A stretch of DNA of 57,377 nt, counting the filler, from Catajapyx aquilonaris (Eukaryota): the NCBI GenBank assembly GCA_000934665.2. It is 2 parts of 2 records of this genome, joined end to end, with 100 filler letters (N's around TTAATTAATTAA, not from the genome) between each part and the next. Parts side by side here need not be neighbours in the genome. Positions count along the whole stretch, not along the records: positions 28,667 to 57,377 come from KZ539244.1; 1 more part is not named here. One strand, given 5' to 3'. Below, one piece after another: positions 45,313 through 57,377 of this stretch. Made by a program: the position numbers and the translations under genes. How positions within the stretch are numbered: the stretch's first letter is position 1; each line of letters starts with the position of its first letter. The notes under the pieces are model-generated. The model did no database searches. It was given only the letters and a program-made list of their open reading frames with translations, and was not told where the DNA came from.

Positions 45313-48300
45313 GGGGGGGGGGGGGGGGGGGGGGGGGGGCATCGGGATCGATACGAAGTCTGGCTTTTGTGACGTGAACGTGACGTCGGAATTCATTCAT
45401 TCGTTTCGAATTATTTTGCTCGGGACTGACGAGCTGGGATTTGTCATTTGAGTGATAAAGCGCCGCCCATCCCACTCTCTGTGTGTGTGTCTCTTTTTTT
45501 TTCTGTCCACTTGCCATGCTGATGACATTGCGCCGCAGGGCTTTGGTCTTGTTTATTTTATCATGCGCTGCAATTACGTGATATTGCTGGTGAAGGTACC
45601 GGGTATTATCATGTGCTGGCTGAATCATGTACGATTGTCGTGGTTGTTTTCGAGTGGCGTAGAGGGAACCCCTTTTATACTGCTGGATCAACAGGATCGC
45701 TGTATAGTTGGGAGGATAAGCAAAACATAACATACGAGATAAAAAGCGTGTGTACCGAGTCTAGAATAGAGATTGGCAGAGGGGAATTGTTAATTTAAAA
45801 CAGTCAGAGGGTATCATGACAGTACTGGGTTGGTCTGCATTGCTGTGATGCTGTACGAGTAATTCTTTTTTGTATCACAAAGTACAACGGAGCTTACATT
45901 CTGGATTGTGTTTTGATGCAATGCGATGCTCCCGTTTTAGAACTGGAAAATAACAAAGGTCAGGAAGAATATTAGTGTGCCCTGTTGTTGAAGAATGTAC
46001 ATCCTTACTGGAATCCTGCTTAATGTGCCCTTGTATGGTTTGAATAATATCCATAGAGTACCTAATACATGCCTCGTGGCCTTTGTTGTCTCAGTTCCTC
46101 CCAAACCAACTTTACCTACGTCAGAAATACAATCGCAGTTGTTACATTTTGGGCGAGTCTGAATAATGCAATTTGGGCCCATGGGCATAAGTTTGATATT
46201 TCCTTGTGTAAAAAGAATGAAATGGGACAATTCACAGTAGAGTATTTCAGCACTGAAAGGAGGTCAATCACATTATTTTTTAGGTGAAAAAGGAATGTGC
46301 TTAACTTATCAACTTGGCAATACGCGCAAGTTATTTTGACACGGTAATGCGTTACTTTTTAGACCATTATCTGCTGAGCTCGGGAAACTTTTCGCGCCAT
46401 CTGCATGTTAAGCTTCATTTCGTCCTTTCAAGCCGTTATTTGGCTGCATTTTTTTTTAAACTTGGTGGAACGGCCTCCAGGTACATGTTTAGTTGGAGCA
46501 AACTTGGTCGAAATGCCATGTAGGTCGGAAGGCATTATCCATCTGCATAAAAGATATTGAAATGCCGAGGTTGAATGAACCCATGGCTGTTCTTTCCTTG
46601 CCACTGAGCTGGAGATGAACCCCGATCCCCGAGAAAGTTGGAATCTATGGTAGCAGGGAGGGGGGAGGCTTTGCTTTAGCTCCGTGCCCCGTGCCCATTG
46701 CCAATGAACCCATCGGGAGTGTCATTTGCAGTGGCAGGCGTCGATTCCGTACTGGAAATGACCCATTTGTATGCTGCTCCGGATTCTTGATGGGGCCCCA
46801 CTGTTTGTATATAGGCCCCCACACTCGCTGATGATCCCGGCGCCTCTGCCTCCGTCAGATCAACCTGCAGCTCCACAGAGTCCCTTGGGGAGCCTGCATA
46901 ACATCGGTTTCGTGCCTCCCTGCTATCAGGGAAAAGGTGCTGAAAATGCGCCCTTTTGTGTCTCTTTATGGGGACCGAATTTGTGATTCCAAGTTTCACA
47001 GGGCTCTTGGCCTCCCCCACCCGATTTCTATTGCGCTGTATTCAAATCTGATGGGTGCTCCAGGGGGAAAAAAGCAAATTGATTTTTCAAATATATAGCT
47101 CGACCACTCGATGGATTTTGTTACAACACGGGCGTTAGGATTGGCATTAAAATCTCATCAGGAGATTAAATATTGCGAATTCAGTCGAAATGAACCACCC
47201 GAAAGCAGCTGCATGGAATGCGTCGAGTGCACTACACGGTGCACACTCCTGTTGCCTGTATAAGGCCAGGTGAATTATGTATTAGTAGGTGAAAGGCCTG
47301 GGCAATATGATAGCCCCGTAATCAAGAGTTGTTTGGCCGAAGTGAGGTCTTTACGTATGCAGTATATTTAAGAATGCATTACATTATACTGTAATGCCAA
47401 CCCCCATTCATGAATGAAGCTATACGCACCAACATTATGGAAACAGCTGATGGTCCGGCGCTCATGAGGGTAACCCTCTTCGGAAAGCGGCAGATGTTTG
47501 CATTGTTTGGGACAAGGAGACTTGTACTTGAATCAAGGATTATTTTTGATAAGAACCAACCGATGCGGAATACTAGGAAAATGCCACAATTTATGCACTA
47601 ATGCCATTGGTAAACGGCACATCTTGTGATAGAGATCTGTCTAGATATACCCTTGTATAAGATTTATTATTGTATCAGAATTTATGTTAATTATAAGTAC
47701 ATTTGGTAGCTTGGCATGATGTACTTGGCAAGTGCAACCCTTTTTGAAATATTTCTGGGCACTGACTTATCATTCATCAGTGACCATCCTTTTTAATGAC
47801 GTGTGGTGGTCATGTTGATGATGATAATGGAGTGTAAGGAATGACGGATTTGCTCGTACATTACTATCTAATTGTCTCATATATATGTTGTGGCCTGGTG
47901 AACGTTTATTATGTTGGTCCAAAGTTTCTGCGACGTGAGAAGAGTAGTCTACTGATATCACAACGGTAATAATGACTCGAACAACGTCAACGATGTAATT
48001 AACAGTAAAGTCTTCTGCTCCATCGGTGACAATGTCATTTACAGGGAAATGGGACGGATATGATTCTTCATATAACCAAGTGCTGCGAGCTCGAGAATAT
48101 ATCCCGGTATGTGAGGCTCTTTGTGTGGAGTTCCACAATTTTTCTGAATGGATTGCACTATAGAGTACTAATCGCTATTAAAATAAAATAAATCACGACA
48201 AATCGTCAAAAAAAAAATGCCGTTCAGCACTGTCAACGGGCGTGCATTGCATCAATTTGTATCCGTTGACAGATTTTTAAATATGGATAATTGCACTCCC

Positions 48301-48882
48301 AGTGATGGTTGCGCGACAGGCTAATTGAACATGATTGATGGTGGCACTGCAGTAATAAGGCACTGCATTCGTTAAGTGCGCTAATGACTTAAAAACACGA
48401 CCACGCGGTACCCCACCAGTCTCGAGGCCCGCCTCTTATCACGGTTTTTTCACCCCCATTTTTTTTTTTTTTTGCGGGAGGGGGGTTTGCAATGCGGGTG
48501 TCCCTGCCTACATAGGGGCTGTAGAATCGGAATGAAGGGTCCTTCAGTTTTTCTGCTTCTGATGGTACTCGAGAAAGGCGGATCTGAAGGAGCTGTGGTG
48601 GGGGGTGACATTTTCCAGGGAGTCGCGAAGCTTAGGTAAGCGTAAAGAAGCGAATCAGCGGAGCACCCACTTCCGATGTGCATATTGGCATGTGGGCAGC
48701 ATGCTGCAGACAGAAATGCGCCGCCGCACTTTTCTCATGAGCGCCTCCCCACCTCCCACATCCACACGAATCATCAATGGGACGAAGAGAAAAGGGGGGG
48801 GGGGAGAGCAGAGGAGGGTGCTGGGGGGAGGCGAAATGGAGGTCAATGTCAGCAGCATCCCTCGCAAACTCGCCTGTAACTT

Positions 48883-48909
48883 TGTGTGTGTGTGTGTGTG
48901 CGTGTGTGT
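48883..48909. repeat. (GT)n microsatellite
   Basis: Directly visible. Confidence 0.85.
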
Positions 48910-50848
48910 ACGCTTCTCTCTCTGCCTCCAAAATAGCACGTCATCCCATTCCGAGTGTGGATGGAATAGGAGTCGTACTGGCTCCCTGGAGACCTTAACC
49001 ATCGACCTCAACTGAAGCTAGTCTCATTCTGGAACAATGGCGACTCTTTTGGGCCTGTAGTTGCTGCACTGAGCCTAAACACTTAGGCGGAATTAACTGG
49101 CCTACAGGACCACCAAGCACATTCTCATTAAAAATTTTACGACTCGGTTCTTCACGTGTGTCATGCACGGTGGTATAAAATGGCCAAGTGTGTCCTTATT
49201 GCTCTGTCTATACTGGGAGGTTCAGGGCGAAAGCAAACCGACACGAACCGGAACGGTAGAAAGTGATCACGACCGTGCCGAAGTGGACACCCTGCGCATG
49301 CGCGTTGCAACCGAACTACCTGTCAGTATACTAATAATAGGATAACCTGTGACAGGCCTCTGGTCCCTGGAAGGGTCTTTGTAATACTAGACTTTATCCA
49401 CAACCACTATTATTATGAAGGACATTTAAGATAATAAGATAACCCTGAGAAAACATTAATGTTAGGACAGAGCCCCAGAAGTACTTAATTCTGATAATTA
49501 TTTACAAACCTGTATGTTCACATATGCACATGTCAGCAGGAGGAGATACCAGCGCAATGTTGCCATGCAGTCAGATGAACAATTTGTTGCAGGGTGGATA
49601 AGGCAACCACAGAGGCTCATATCATAAGCTGTTGTGTAACTGTCTCATGTAGTAAAGCCAAAGTCACTTCTTGCCCATTTCCATGCACCCTTCAAGCTGC
49701 TATATACAGTGTGGCAGTAAAATTTTAATATACAGTCTCCGGTCTAGTTTAAGTGCTGCATTGCTTTTAAGCCTTGCAATCCCAGTATCATGGATGATAA
49801 CAGACTTGGTTTATATGAGGGAGGTGGTCAGGGACCGCGCTTATACGTATAGCAGGTTTCATTTGAGGACTTTGCTTGAGCATTTATCTGGAAGGTGTAT
49901 ACCGTCTGGTGTATATAGCGGAGGTTGAACATCCTTGAAATAGTTGGCATTCCATTCCGATGGTCCAGTTGGAGAGTTGAGGGAGTGATTTGAGTGCTCG
50001 CTGGTGCAGGCCGTGACCGCAGCTCTCTGCCCCCCGAGAGTGTAAGGTTGATGACTTTACCCCCCTGACTTCTTTCTTTTTCGATGGTTGTGTGGGGGAG
50101 GTAGGAGATAGTATATGGGTCGTAATAAAGCGGGACCCAAAATGCAGTGGGAGACAAAGCGGGCATTTTGTGCCGTTGAGAGCAGGCGATTCTCTCGCAC
50201 AACGAGCGCTGATGACCTTTCTGTGAGGGGCTCCTGGGCCTAGATGCGGACTTGATATTGCCACGGTAAACCCAAATTATGCTAATGATTGCCCACGGCG
50301 CTGGGAATCTATGCCTAGGAGAGATTAATCAAATTATGGTAATGAGAGGTCAGAAGGGAGGGTAGGGGGGTGTACAGTTATCTGCGGATGAGTTTGAGAT
50401 ACTGCGGGCCATGTATTATTAAAGAGTGGAGGGAAATTCGCCACTTAGTCTTGTGACCTTCATTAAAACAACACTGTAATGATCGTCCAGAAATTAATTC
50501 CGGGGGTCCTTACAGGAATGTTATACCGACTAGTTTTGCCGGTGCCATGCTCTAGCTGACTACTATTTAACCAGGTAGCCATTAAAGAGTCAATTACTCT
50601 GTGGCGTTACACATGCAGGGTTTTAGTGACTGATTAAATTTAGTTCAGCCCGGCATTAAGGGATTTGCATGGGAGTTTGATTAGTCACATGGGTGCCTCT
50701 CGATCGCCCACGGATTGGCAGACAGCTCTCAGGAACATTACATCTCTCGGGTGTATCTTTTTTGTGGGAATGTTTTCACCTAGTAAAACATGTGTAATAG
50801 GTCAAAATTGGATGTTTTTTTAATGTGGTGATATATTGTGCGTTTCAG

Positions 50849-51118
50849 GGTGGCGTACCGAGGCCGGGTCAACCTCCGTACCTTAGTGCAGCTCCGGGTG
50901 GATACCCAGGCAGTCAGCTTAGTGGCCAGCAAGGAGCTCAACAGCAATACCAACCCTACCAGCAGAGATACCCGACCCCCACACCCCCAGGGCCGGGTTC
51001 GGGGCCTGGGCTCGGGACGGGTGGGGGTGCGGGAGGCGGCCCCGGGGCTGCCCCTAGTGCAGTAGGAGGGCCTACCCAGGGATCGGGGAGGCCGCCGGGA
51101 CAAGCCATGCCCCCTCAG
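50849..51118 (+). CDS. osa: Isolated internal coding exon (90 aa, phase 0-0), Gly/Pro/Gln-rich, resembling the N-terminal region of trithorax-group Osa/ARID1
   Basis: TTTCAG|GGT...CCTCAG|GTCAGC; 270 nt, GC-rich versus flanks; GGVPRPGQPPY...QQYQPYQQRYPTPTPPGPG. The YxQRYPTP motif is recalled from arthropod Osa. Exon call is firm; gene identity is tentative. Confidence 0.55.
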
Positions 51119-52232
51119 GTCAGCATCTCATTTCATTTTCATTGCATGAACTATATACGTAAGCATTTCAAAGGCGGAGTGATTCATTGGAGAAATTCAA
51201 TTTTCAAAGTCAGAAAAGCGTCTTGCTTCCATTTTCATTTGCTCTCTTGGCTGTACACATATGCACTGATCATGCGCTACATTGCGCCGTACGGTACAAC
51301 CATTTGAAAGGGATTTTAACTGTGGATTGCCTATTTATAGGATATAGGTGTTTTGTGTGGAAAATAGGAACTGACGGAAAACTAAACTTATTTAGAGCTT
51401 ATCACAACATGCAACATCATTTAGCGCATCCACTGACCCAACAAGCCCGCGGTAATTTTGCAAATTTGGTGCAAAATATGTGCCGAAATATCCCTAGTGA
51501 TTTCCAATTGTTGGAGGGTGGGGAATGTGCACCACAGGCTTTTTCGCTAGGAATGGACGTAATACACACATCTTATTTGCATGCATTCACGGTGGAACAT
51601 TCACCCAGAATAATTGGTATTCCCTACCGTTTTGCCCAGGCTGTGTAAATGCAAATGTTAATGATCATGTGTTGTAATTTGCGGCGGTAAGTGGTGCAAA
51701 AAATATGACAATTGGTTTAAGCCTCCATTAATTGTGAAAACTACTTAACATTAATAATTAGCGCATAGTTGTCCATTCAGTTGTTATTGATCAGTGGATT
51801 CATGGAAATGGGATTTGGCCCAAAGCTTATATGACGGAAGCTTCATGCTGTGCTGGGGCTTTTTGGGAGGGGGAGGCCCACAGCAGAGCGCATATATTCA
51901 CGCAGCGATGATTTCGTGTGCAATTTTGCGAAAACGATCCGATGGAACTACACACAAAATGGAGAGCCGGGAGGTCGAAAGCCCCGCTCTGCAGTCACGT
52001 TTAGCGGCGCATCTCAATCAATTGGAGACGACAAGTGTCATGGCGGTAAGCTGATTGAAATCGGCGCACACCAGTAAACCTCGGCTGAGGGTTGATGAAG
52101 CGTTGTCGTTGTGTACACTTGGCCCCCGCAGATTTTATCCGAATGATCGGATACGGGCGATGCAAGATCGGAGCACATCAAAATTATGCAGGTTATTTGG
52201 GGGGGGGGGGGGGAAGCCTAATCATGCGTGTT

Positions 52233-52459
52233 NNNNNNNNNNNNNNNNNNNNNNNNNNNNNNNNNNNNNNNNNNNNNNNNNNNNNNNNNNNNNNNNNNNN
52301 NNNNNNNNNNNNNNNNNNNNNNNNNNNNNNNNNNNNNNNNNNNNNNNNNNNNNNNNNNNNNNNNNNNNNNNNNNNNNNNNNNNNNNNNNNNNNNNNNNNN
52401 NNNNNNNNNNNNNNNNNNNNNNNNNNNNNNNNNNNNNNNNNNNNNNNNNNNNNNNNNNN
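52233..52459. other. Assembly gap near poly-G tracts
   Basis: N run. Confidence 0.95.
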
Positions 52460-55400
52460 GTTGGGGGGGGGGGGGGGGGGGGGACGTGCTCCTGTGCAAA
52501 ATTGTGCAAATCCGACCTCCCTCCGAGCCCTCACCCACCCCTCTCGGCCAAAATGTTTAGGCATGAAGACCACTACTGCGTTTGGCAGGATCATGCTGCC
52601 CGTGAAATTTGTCGTTATGACGGGCTAATTAGACTTGGCCGTATATTGCAGCATTTACAGGATTTTTCTATTGTGGGCCGGATGAACACTGACACGGGGA
52701 GGGGGGGAAAAAAATTTGCGCTGTGAAACGCTATAATTTTACTGAGGTACTAGACGGCCATGAATGCCACGTAATCACCTCGACAAAATATGGCAGAACA
52801 TGGGACAAGCTAGGCTAATTGGGATGATGTACAGTACACGGGCCATGTTATTGATTCTGAAAATTACTCACTACAGCATGTCCGGCTTGTAAAGTCGAGC
52901 GACCAATTATTTTTTCTGTTGTTTTGTTGGTTTTTTTTTGCGGATGGGTGTGGATGTTTTCTTGGGCGGGAGTGTCAGCTTAAATGGTGCTTTTGGGGGA
53001 GGGGGGACGAGGAAGAGAAAAAAAGGGGAAGAGAAGAGGAAAAAAAGGAAGTTAGATAGCGCCTTGTTGGAGAGATGGGAGTGGATCTGAGGTAATCCCA
53101 TGCGCGCAGGCTTATAGAAGATTTGCACTTAAATGAATGGTGGGCCTTGGCAGGAGAGGCCGATTTTTATAGGGGCCAGTAATTCCTTGTTACAGCCCGG
53201 ATTTTGTGTGTAACCGCGGAGAGAGCTGGTGAAAGTTGCCACTGAGTCAATGCTGGCGATTAGGGCTTACCTTTGCTCTCATCTCTCGGGGCGCACTCCA
53301 TTTGTTTTTTGGTTTAGGTCCTTGTAATCGCCCCACTTGGGTAGCCCCAAGTCGGCTTTTGATGGAGACTGTATAATAGGGTCCGCATGTATGCGACGCT
53401 TTTTGTGTGTGCACATTTTGTGTTTATGCCCCACCCCCAGCAGTACATGTCATCCGGTGGACAGCGTCCGACACCGGAGTACCGACGTCTAAGGGAATTA
53501 AATACAGTGGAACGTGCGAAATTGGACACGACACGTGCAGTAATGGCACGGCGTGCTCTCGGGTATAGGAAAAGCTGACCTGTGGCTATTAACACAGGGT
53601 GGTCCGCCAGCAGTAGCGCTCTGTACCCATTTTGCGACGTAAATTTTGAAATTGCAAATTACGCAGAAATGTCACGTGTACCGAAATTTATCTAGTGGAG
53701 CGTATGATTCGCTGAATTTCAATGGAATATGCGCGCATATTTTGGTCAATTAGCGGGTAAGTGAGCAAGGGCCATCCGTGTGTACCGCATTGTTTGGAGC
53801 ATTCCCTATCCTGCACGTCATTAGACCCGGTTGTATGCACACCTTTAAAATGCGAAATTGTCTGAACACTAGGAATTAGCAGTATTTCTCTATTTTGTGT
53901 TGATTGTGAACGAAAGAGGTGAAAATTCAGTCGTTTATTTGATTAATCCACAGCTCTTTTTTCGCATTCTCGTGAGCTAGCATCCCTTTGAATATTTATC
54001 ACCGCAATGCATCCGGCACCACATGTGTACTTAGTACAAAATTGGCATATTCATAATGCAACTATTGACGCTGGATGTGTTGTAATGCAACTGGAGGCAG
54101 TCGAGACATCTTGGCGCCTATTTTTCTGTTTTCAATTATATCACAATGCACATACCTTCCATAGGTCATAATTATCAGTGCGTTATCTTTACACCTTTCA
54201 TACTTAAAGTATAGTGCAACTGACTCAATGCCATGTTCTGTACAGCATTTTCTTTGCAGTGCTTTTGGCGTACATTCCATCAAAGTGCTGGTACACAGTA
54301 GGATCTGCTGATAAATCGGGCGTGCACTTTTTTGCCGGAAACCAGGCGAATTTAGTGTCCGTTAGTGAATCATTGCCTCGGAGAAAATTTCAGGAAATTT
54401 TGGCCATAAATCTGGGGTGGTAAATCGGGCGAATTAATTCGCAGAAATTTTGCGGGACGGTGGAAGCCCTCTCGTGCGCTCTTTTTTTTCCTTCTTATTT
54501 CTCCTCCCTCCCCCTTCCAAGCCCGTCTCCCACCGTGGACGTCAAAATCCCTCGAAATGCACGCTTCAAAACAGAGACATTTGGCGAGGCTTAATTTCAC
54601 CATTTCCAAGTGAGGAATGGAAAGCTTCAGCGCCGGGCAGCCAGCATGCTTTCTGAGAAACAGCTCCCGCTGCATTTCATATAATGGAGTCTTTGGGAAA
54701 AGAGAAAGCTGGGCAGCCTTCCGTACTACGTACTAATGCGATGGCAAGGCATTTTCTTTACTGTTATCAGGCCGACTCACGTTTTTAATTAAGGTGTCTT
54801 GCCATGGATGAGACTGTATCACTCCCCATTTTTCGGGGGGAAAAATTGCCGGTGCGGTTGAACAAAAAAGGCGGAATGATGTGTAACCTTGCCGGTCCTT
54901 TTTTTTTCTGCCGAGGTTTATATTGATCATGGAAATTTTCTCTGGGCTTCCCCCTCCAAACCCCGGTAGAAGCTACGAAGTGGGTGAATTGTAGCGCAAA
55001 GCCTGCAGGATGAATTATGTGGCCCACTCGTTAGTCTTTGATGTACGCAGCCAGTGTGAAAATCCGCGGTGCAACACATTGTCCTGCACACGTGCTCCGC
55101 TGAACCTCATACCTCCTCCTCCCCCACCCCTCCTCTCTCTTTTTTTCGCATGCGAACATGAGTTCTTAATGAAATCAGTACCGGTTCAGCATAATGGGTC
55201 GAAAATGTCGTCTTTTGTCCAAGCACAATGCGACTCGTGTGTGCAAAAAATTTTTTTTAGCTCCCTCCGGGAGTGAGTTATGTGACTGAAAAGTCCTGTT
55301 GACACCACAAATTAACGTGTCTTTGTTGGTCCTCACAATGAGTGGCTGTTGAGGGATCAGAAGCACATTTATGTTTTCATTCAGCGTACTTTGCAGGTGG

Positions 55401-57377
55401 CACAACAGGTTTTTTTCAAATACGCGCATACCTTGACTGCATTGTATTTTCGGGTTGGTACGGACTTGCCAACCGAGGTGCATAGAGCGGTGTAAAATTG
55501 TATGATTTTTTAAGTTTTTCAAAAGGGCTTTTGTTAGGCGTAGACTACGATGACACTTGGGGGAAGGAAAAGGCGGTGGGACCGAAGCGAAAGAATAAGA
55601 AGAAAATAATGCAGTAATTAGGTATCTGGAAGCACCGCGGACTCTCCTCCTTTTTTCTTCTTCTTCTTCCTTGAGAGGCACGGCTCCTTACAAATTATTG
55701 TTTTAAAGTTACAAGGCTTGCCATTGTGCCGGCAGCCCTTTTTTAACGCCTCAGTGGGGCCCTGGCTGCAGTTGAGGAGGAGAATGAAATGTGGGACTTT
55801 GCTCCCGAAATGAAGGAACGGCGTCATTTTTTTCCCTTGCAGATGGCAGGTGTAAAGAGGTCTTTTGGAAGCCTGTCTGAAAGTTACGGCATAAGCGTAA
55901 CAGCACTTTCGTAACCCCCTCCCCCCTCTCTCTCCCTCTCCTATAGCCTTTAGTCTCAAAATGGGTTGGAGGAAATGGGCGAGCGGAGTTAAAAAGTGTT
56001 GCCAATTGGGCCAAGTCGGAAGCTGAATTATATATAAGTGACGACTGTGCCGCGGTTTAAGAGCAGTAGGTGCTGGAAGGTGCGCTTCGAAGGCTATGTG
56101 ATGTTAACAAACACATTCTGGTCGGGTTTTGTCTTTTGGGAGTTTTTGAGGGAAGGTGAAAGGGCTGTCGGTGTCTTCCATTCCTCTCCCGGTAGGTTCC
56201 CTTTTCTTCGCGAACCTCCTTTTCCTGTGTGCCGCCAAGGGGAAGTTGGCAGAGCTCCCAAAACTTGGCCGCTCGTATTTCATGGAAATGTAGGTGCCTG
56301 GTTGTGGGCCGGCCCGGCAAAAATAGAACCATAAATTTCCCGCGCTCCCAAATTTATGGGGGCGGCTGTACAGTTAAGCCTGAAAAATCGCAGTTAGGGT
56401 CGGTAATGAGGATAAGATGAATTTTTCTCCCTGCATAAAAAATAAGGTTTTTTTTTTCTCTTCTTCCGTTTCGGTGGGGGCGGCATTGCTTCGAATTAAG
56501 ACATTGTCGCTGATGGGGTGAATTGCAGGTTGTTTGGTAGTTTTTACACGTGGATTTCTTTTCATGCGGGTTGATTGCAGAGGCATGACTTGAAGGCTTG
56601 AGGCCAGGTAAGCAAGCCATAAATCACTTCTTGCAGGGAGTGTTGGACGGTGATCGTAAACTCGGAAAAGTTGATGAGGACGAATAATCATAGATTGATT
56701 GCGGCGGGAAAGAGAGGCGGGGGAAGTGAGGCAATAGATTAGTAGAGTGGGGCTGACCTAACAAACCTTTATATAGGGGTGATGCAGGGTAATGATGGGC
56801 GCGAGGAGTACGGAATAATGCAGTAATGTGGGTGAAAACAAATTTTGTTGTTGTTGGCGGTGGAGGAAAAAAAAAATGTTTGCGTGCCGGTAACTGATGT
56901 TTGAACTGCTAATTATGTTAGATATAGGCGGTGTTTATTTTTCGCTGTTATTGCTGCGGCGTGATTTGAGGTGGGGAGGAAAAACTTTTAAACACCTCTA
57001 TGATGGCGTTACGTGATAGCTATTACCTTCAGATATGGCCCGCATTATCTGCTCAGGCATTTATAGGATTCGTAACCACAGGCGATATTGTTGACACAAT
57101 ACGAGGACGTATAAAAAGAGCGTTAATTAATATCACTGGATGCGAAATTTGCGTTGGTGCGTGCCGCATTTTCCGGCGGTCATTCAGGAGGAAAAATAAA
57201 TAAATAGCGAGTTCATTGTCGCGGTGTAGTTGCCGCCCAGTGGGCCTGTTATGCTTTGTGGCGCTTGCGATTGAGCAGATAACAATGGAAAATTGCCCGC
57301 CTTTATCTCCCCGCGTATTTGTTTGCGTTTAAGGTGTCATTATGCAAATCCTCTGCAAAACACCGCGGTAAGCAAAA

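Noticed and set aside
45015..45733. ORFs spanning N runs (also 52055-52726)
   Set aside because: Open only because of gaps and poly-G tracts.

Overview
Eukaryotic genomic DNA, most likely arthropod (spliceosomal introns, MTGRG-type histone H4, divergent ionotropic receptor). The window has two parts separated by an artificial-looking 100-nt spacer (N44-TTAATTAATTAA-N44, 28567-28666), so they may not be contiguous. Left part (1-28.5 kb): a 4-exon RNA polymerase II subunit RPB11 gene; an intronless divergent ionotropic receptor (IR); a head-to-head H4/H2B histone pseudogene fragment retaining both 3' stem-loops; several MITEs and transposon relics; and a tandem family of multi-exon C2H2 zinc-finger genes. 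That family comprises one apparently intact 10-exon copy (17419-21961), one remodelled copy (9220-14275), two fragments and an older relic at 1.7-2.5 kb. The genes share an N-terminal coiled-coil+CxxC exon I cannot assign to KRAB, SCAN, BTB or ZAD, and their DNA-contacting finger residues differ strongly between copies. This is the best candidate for an undescribed system. Right part (28.7-57.4 kb): almost entirely non-coding, apparently large introns around a single 270-nt Gly/Pro/Gln-rich exon resembling osa/ARID1, with a cluster of five perfect CRE sites. Exon structures were derived by hand from splice signals and frame; no database searches were run.
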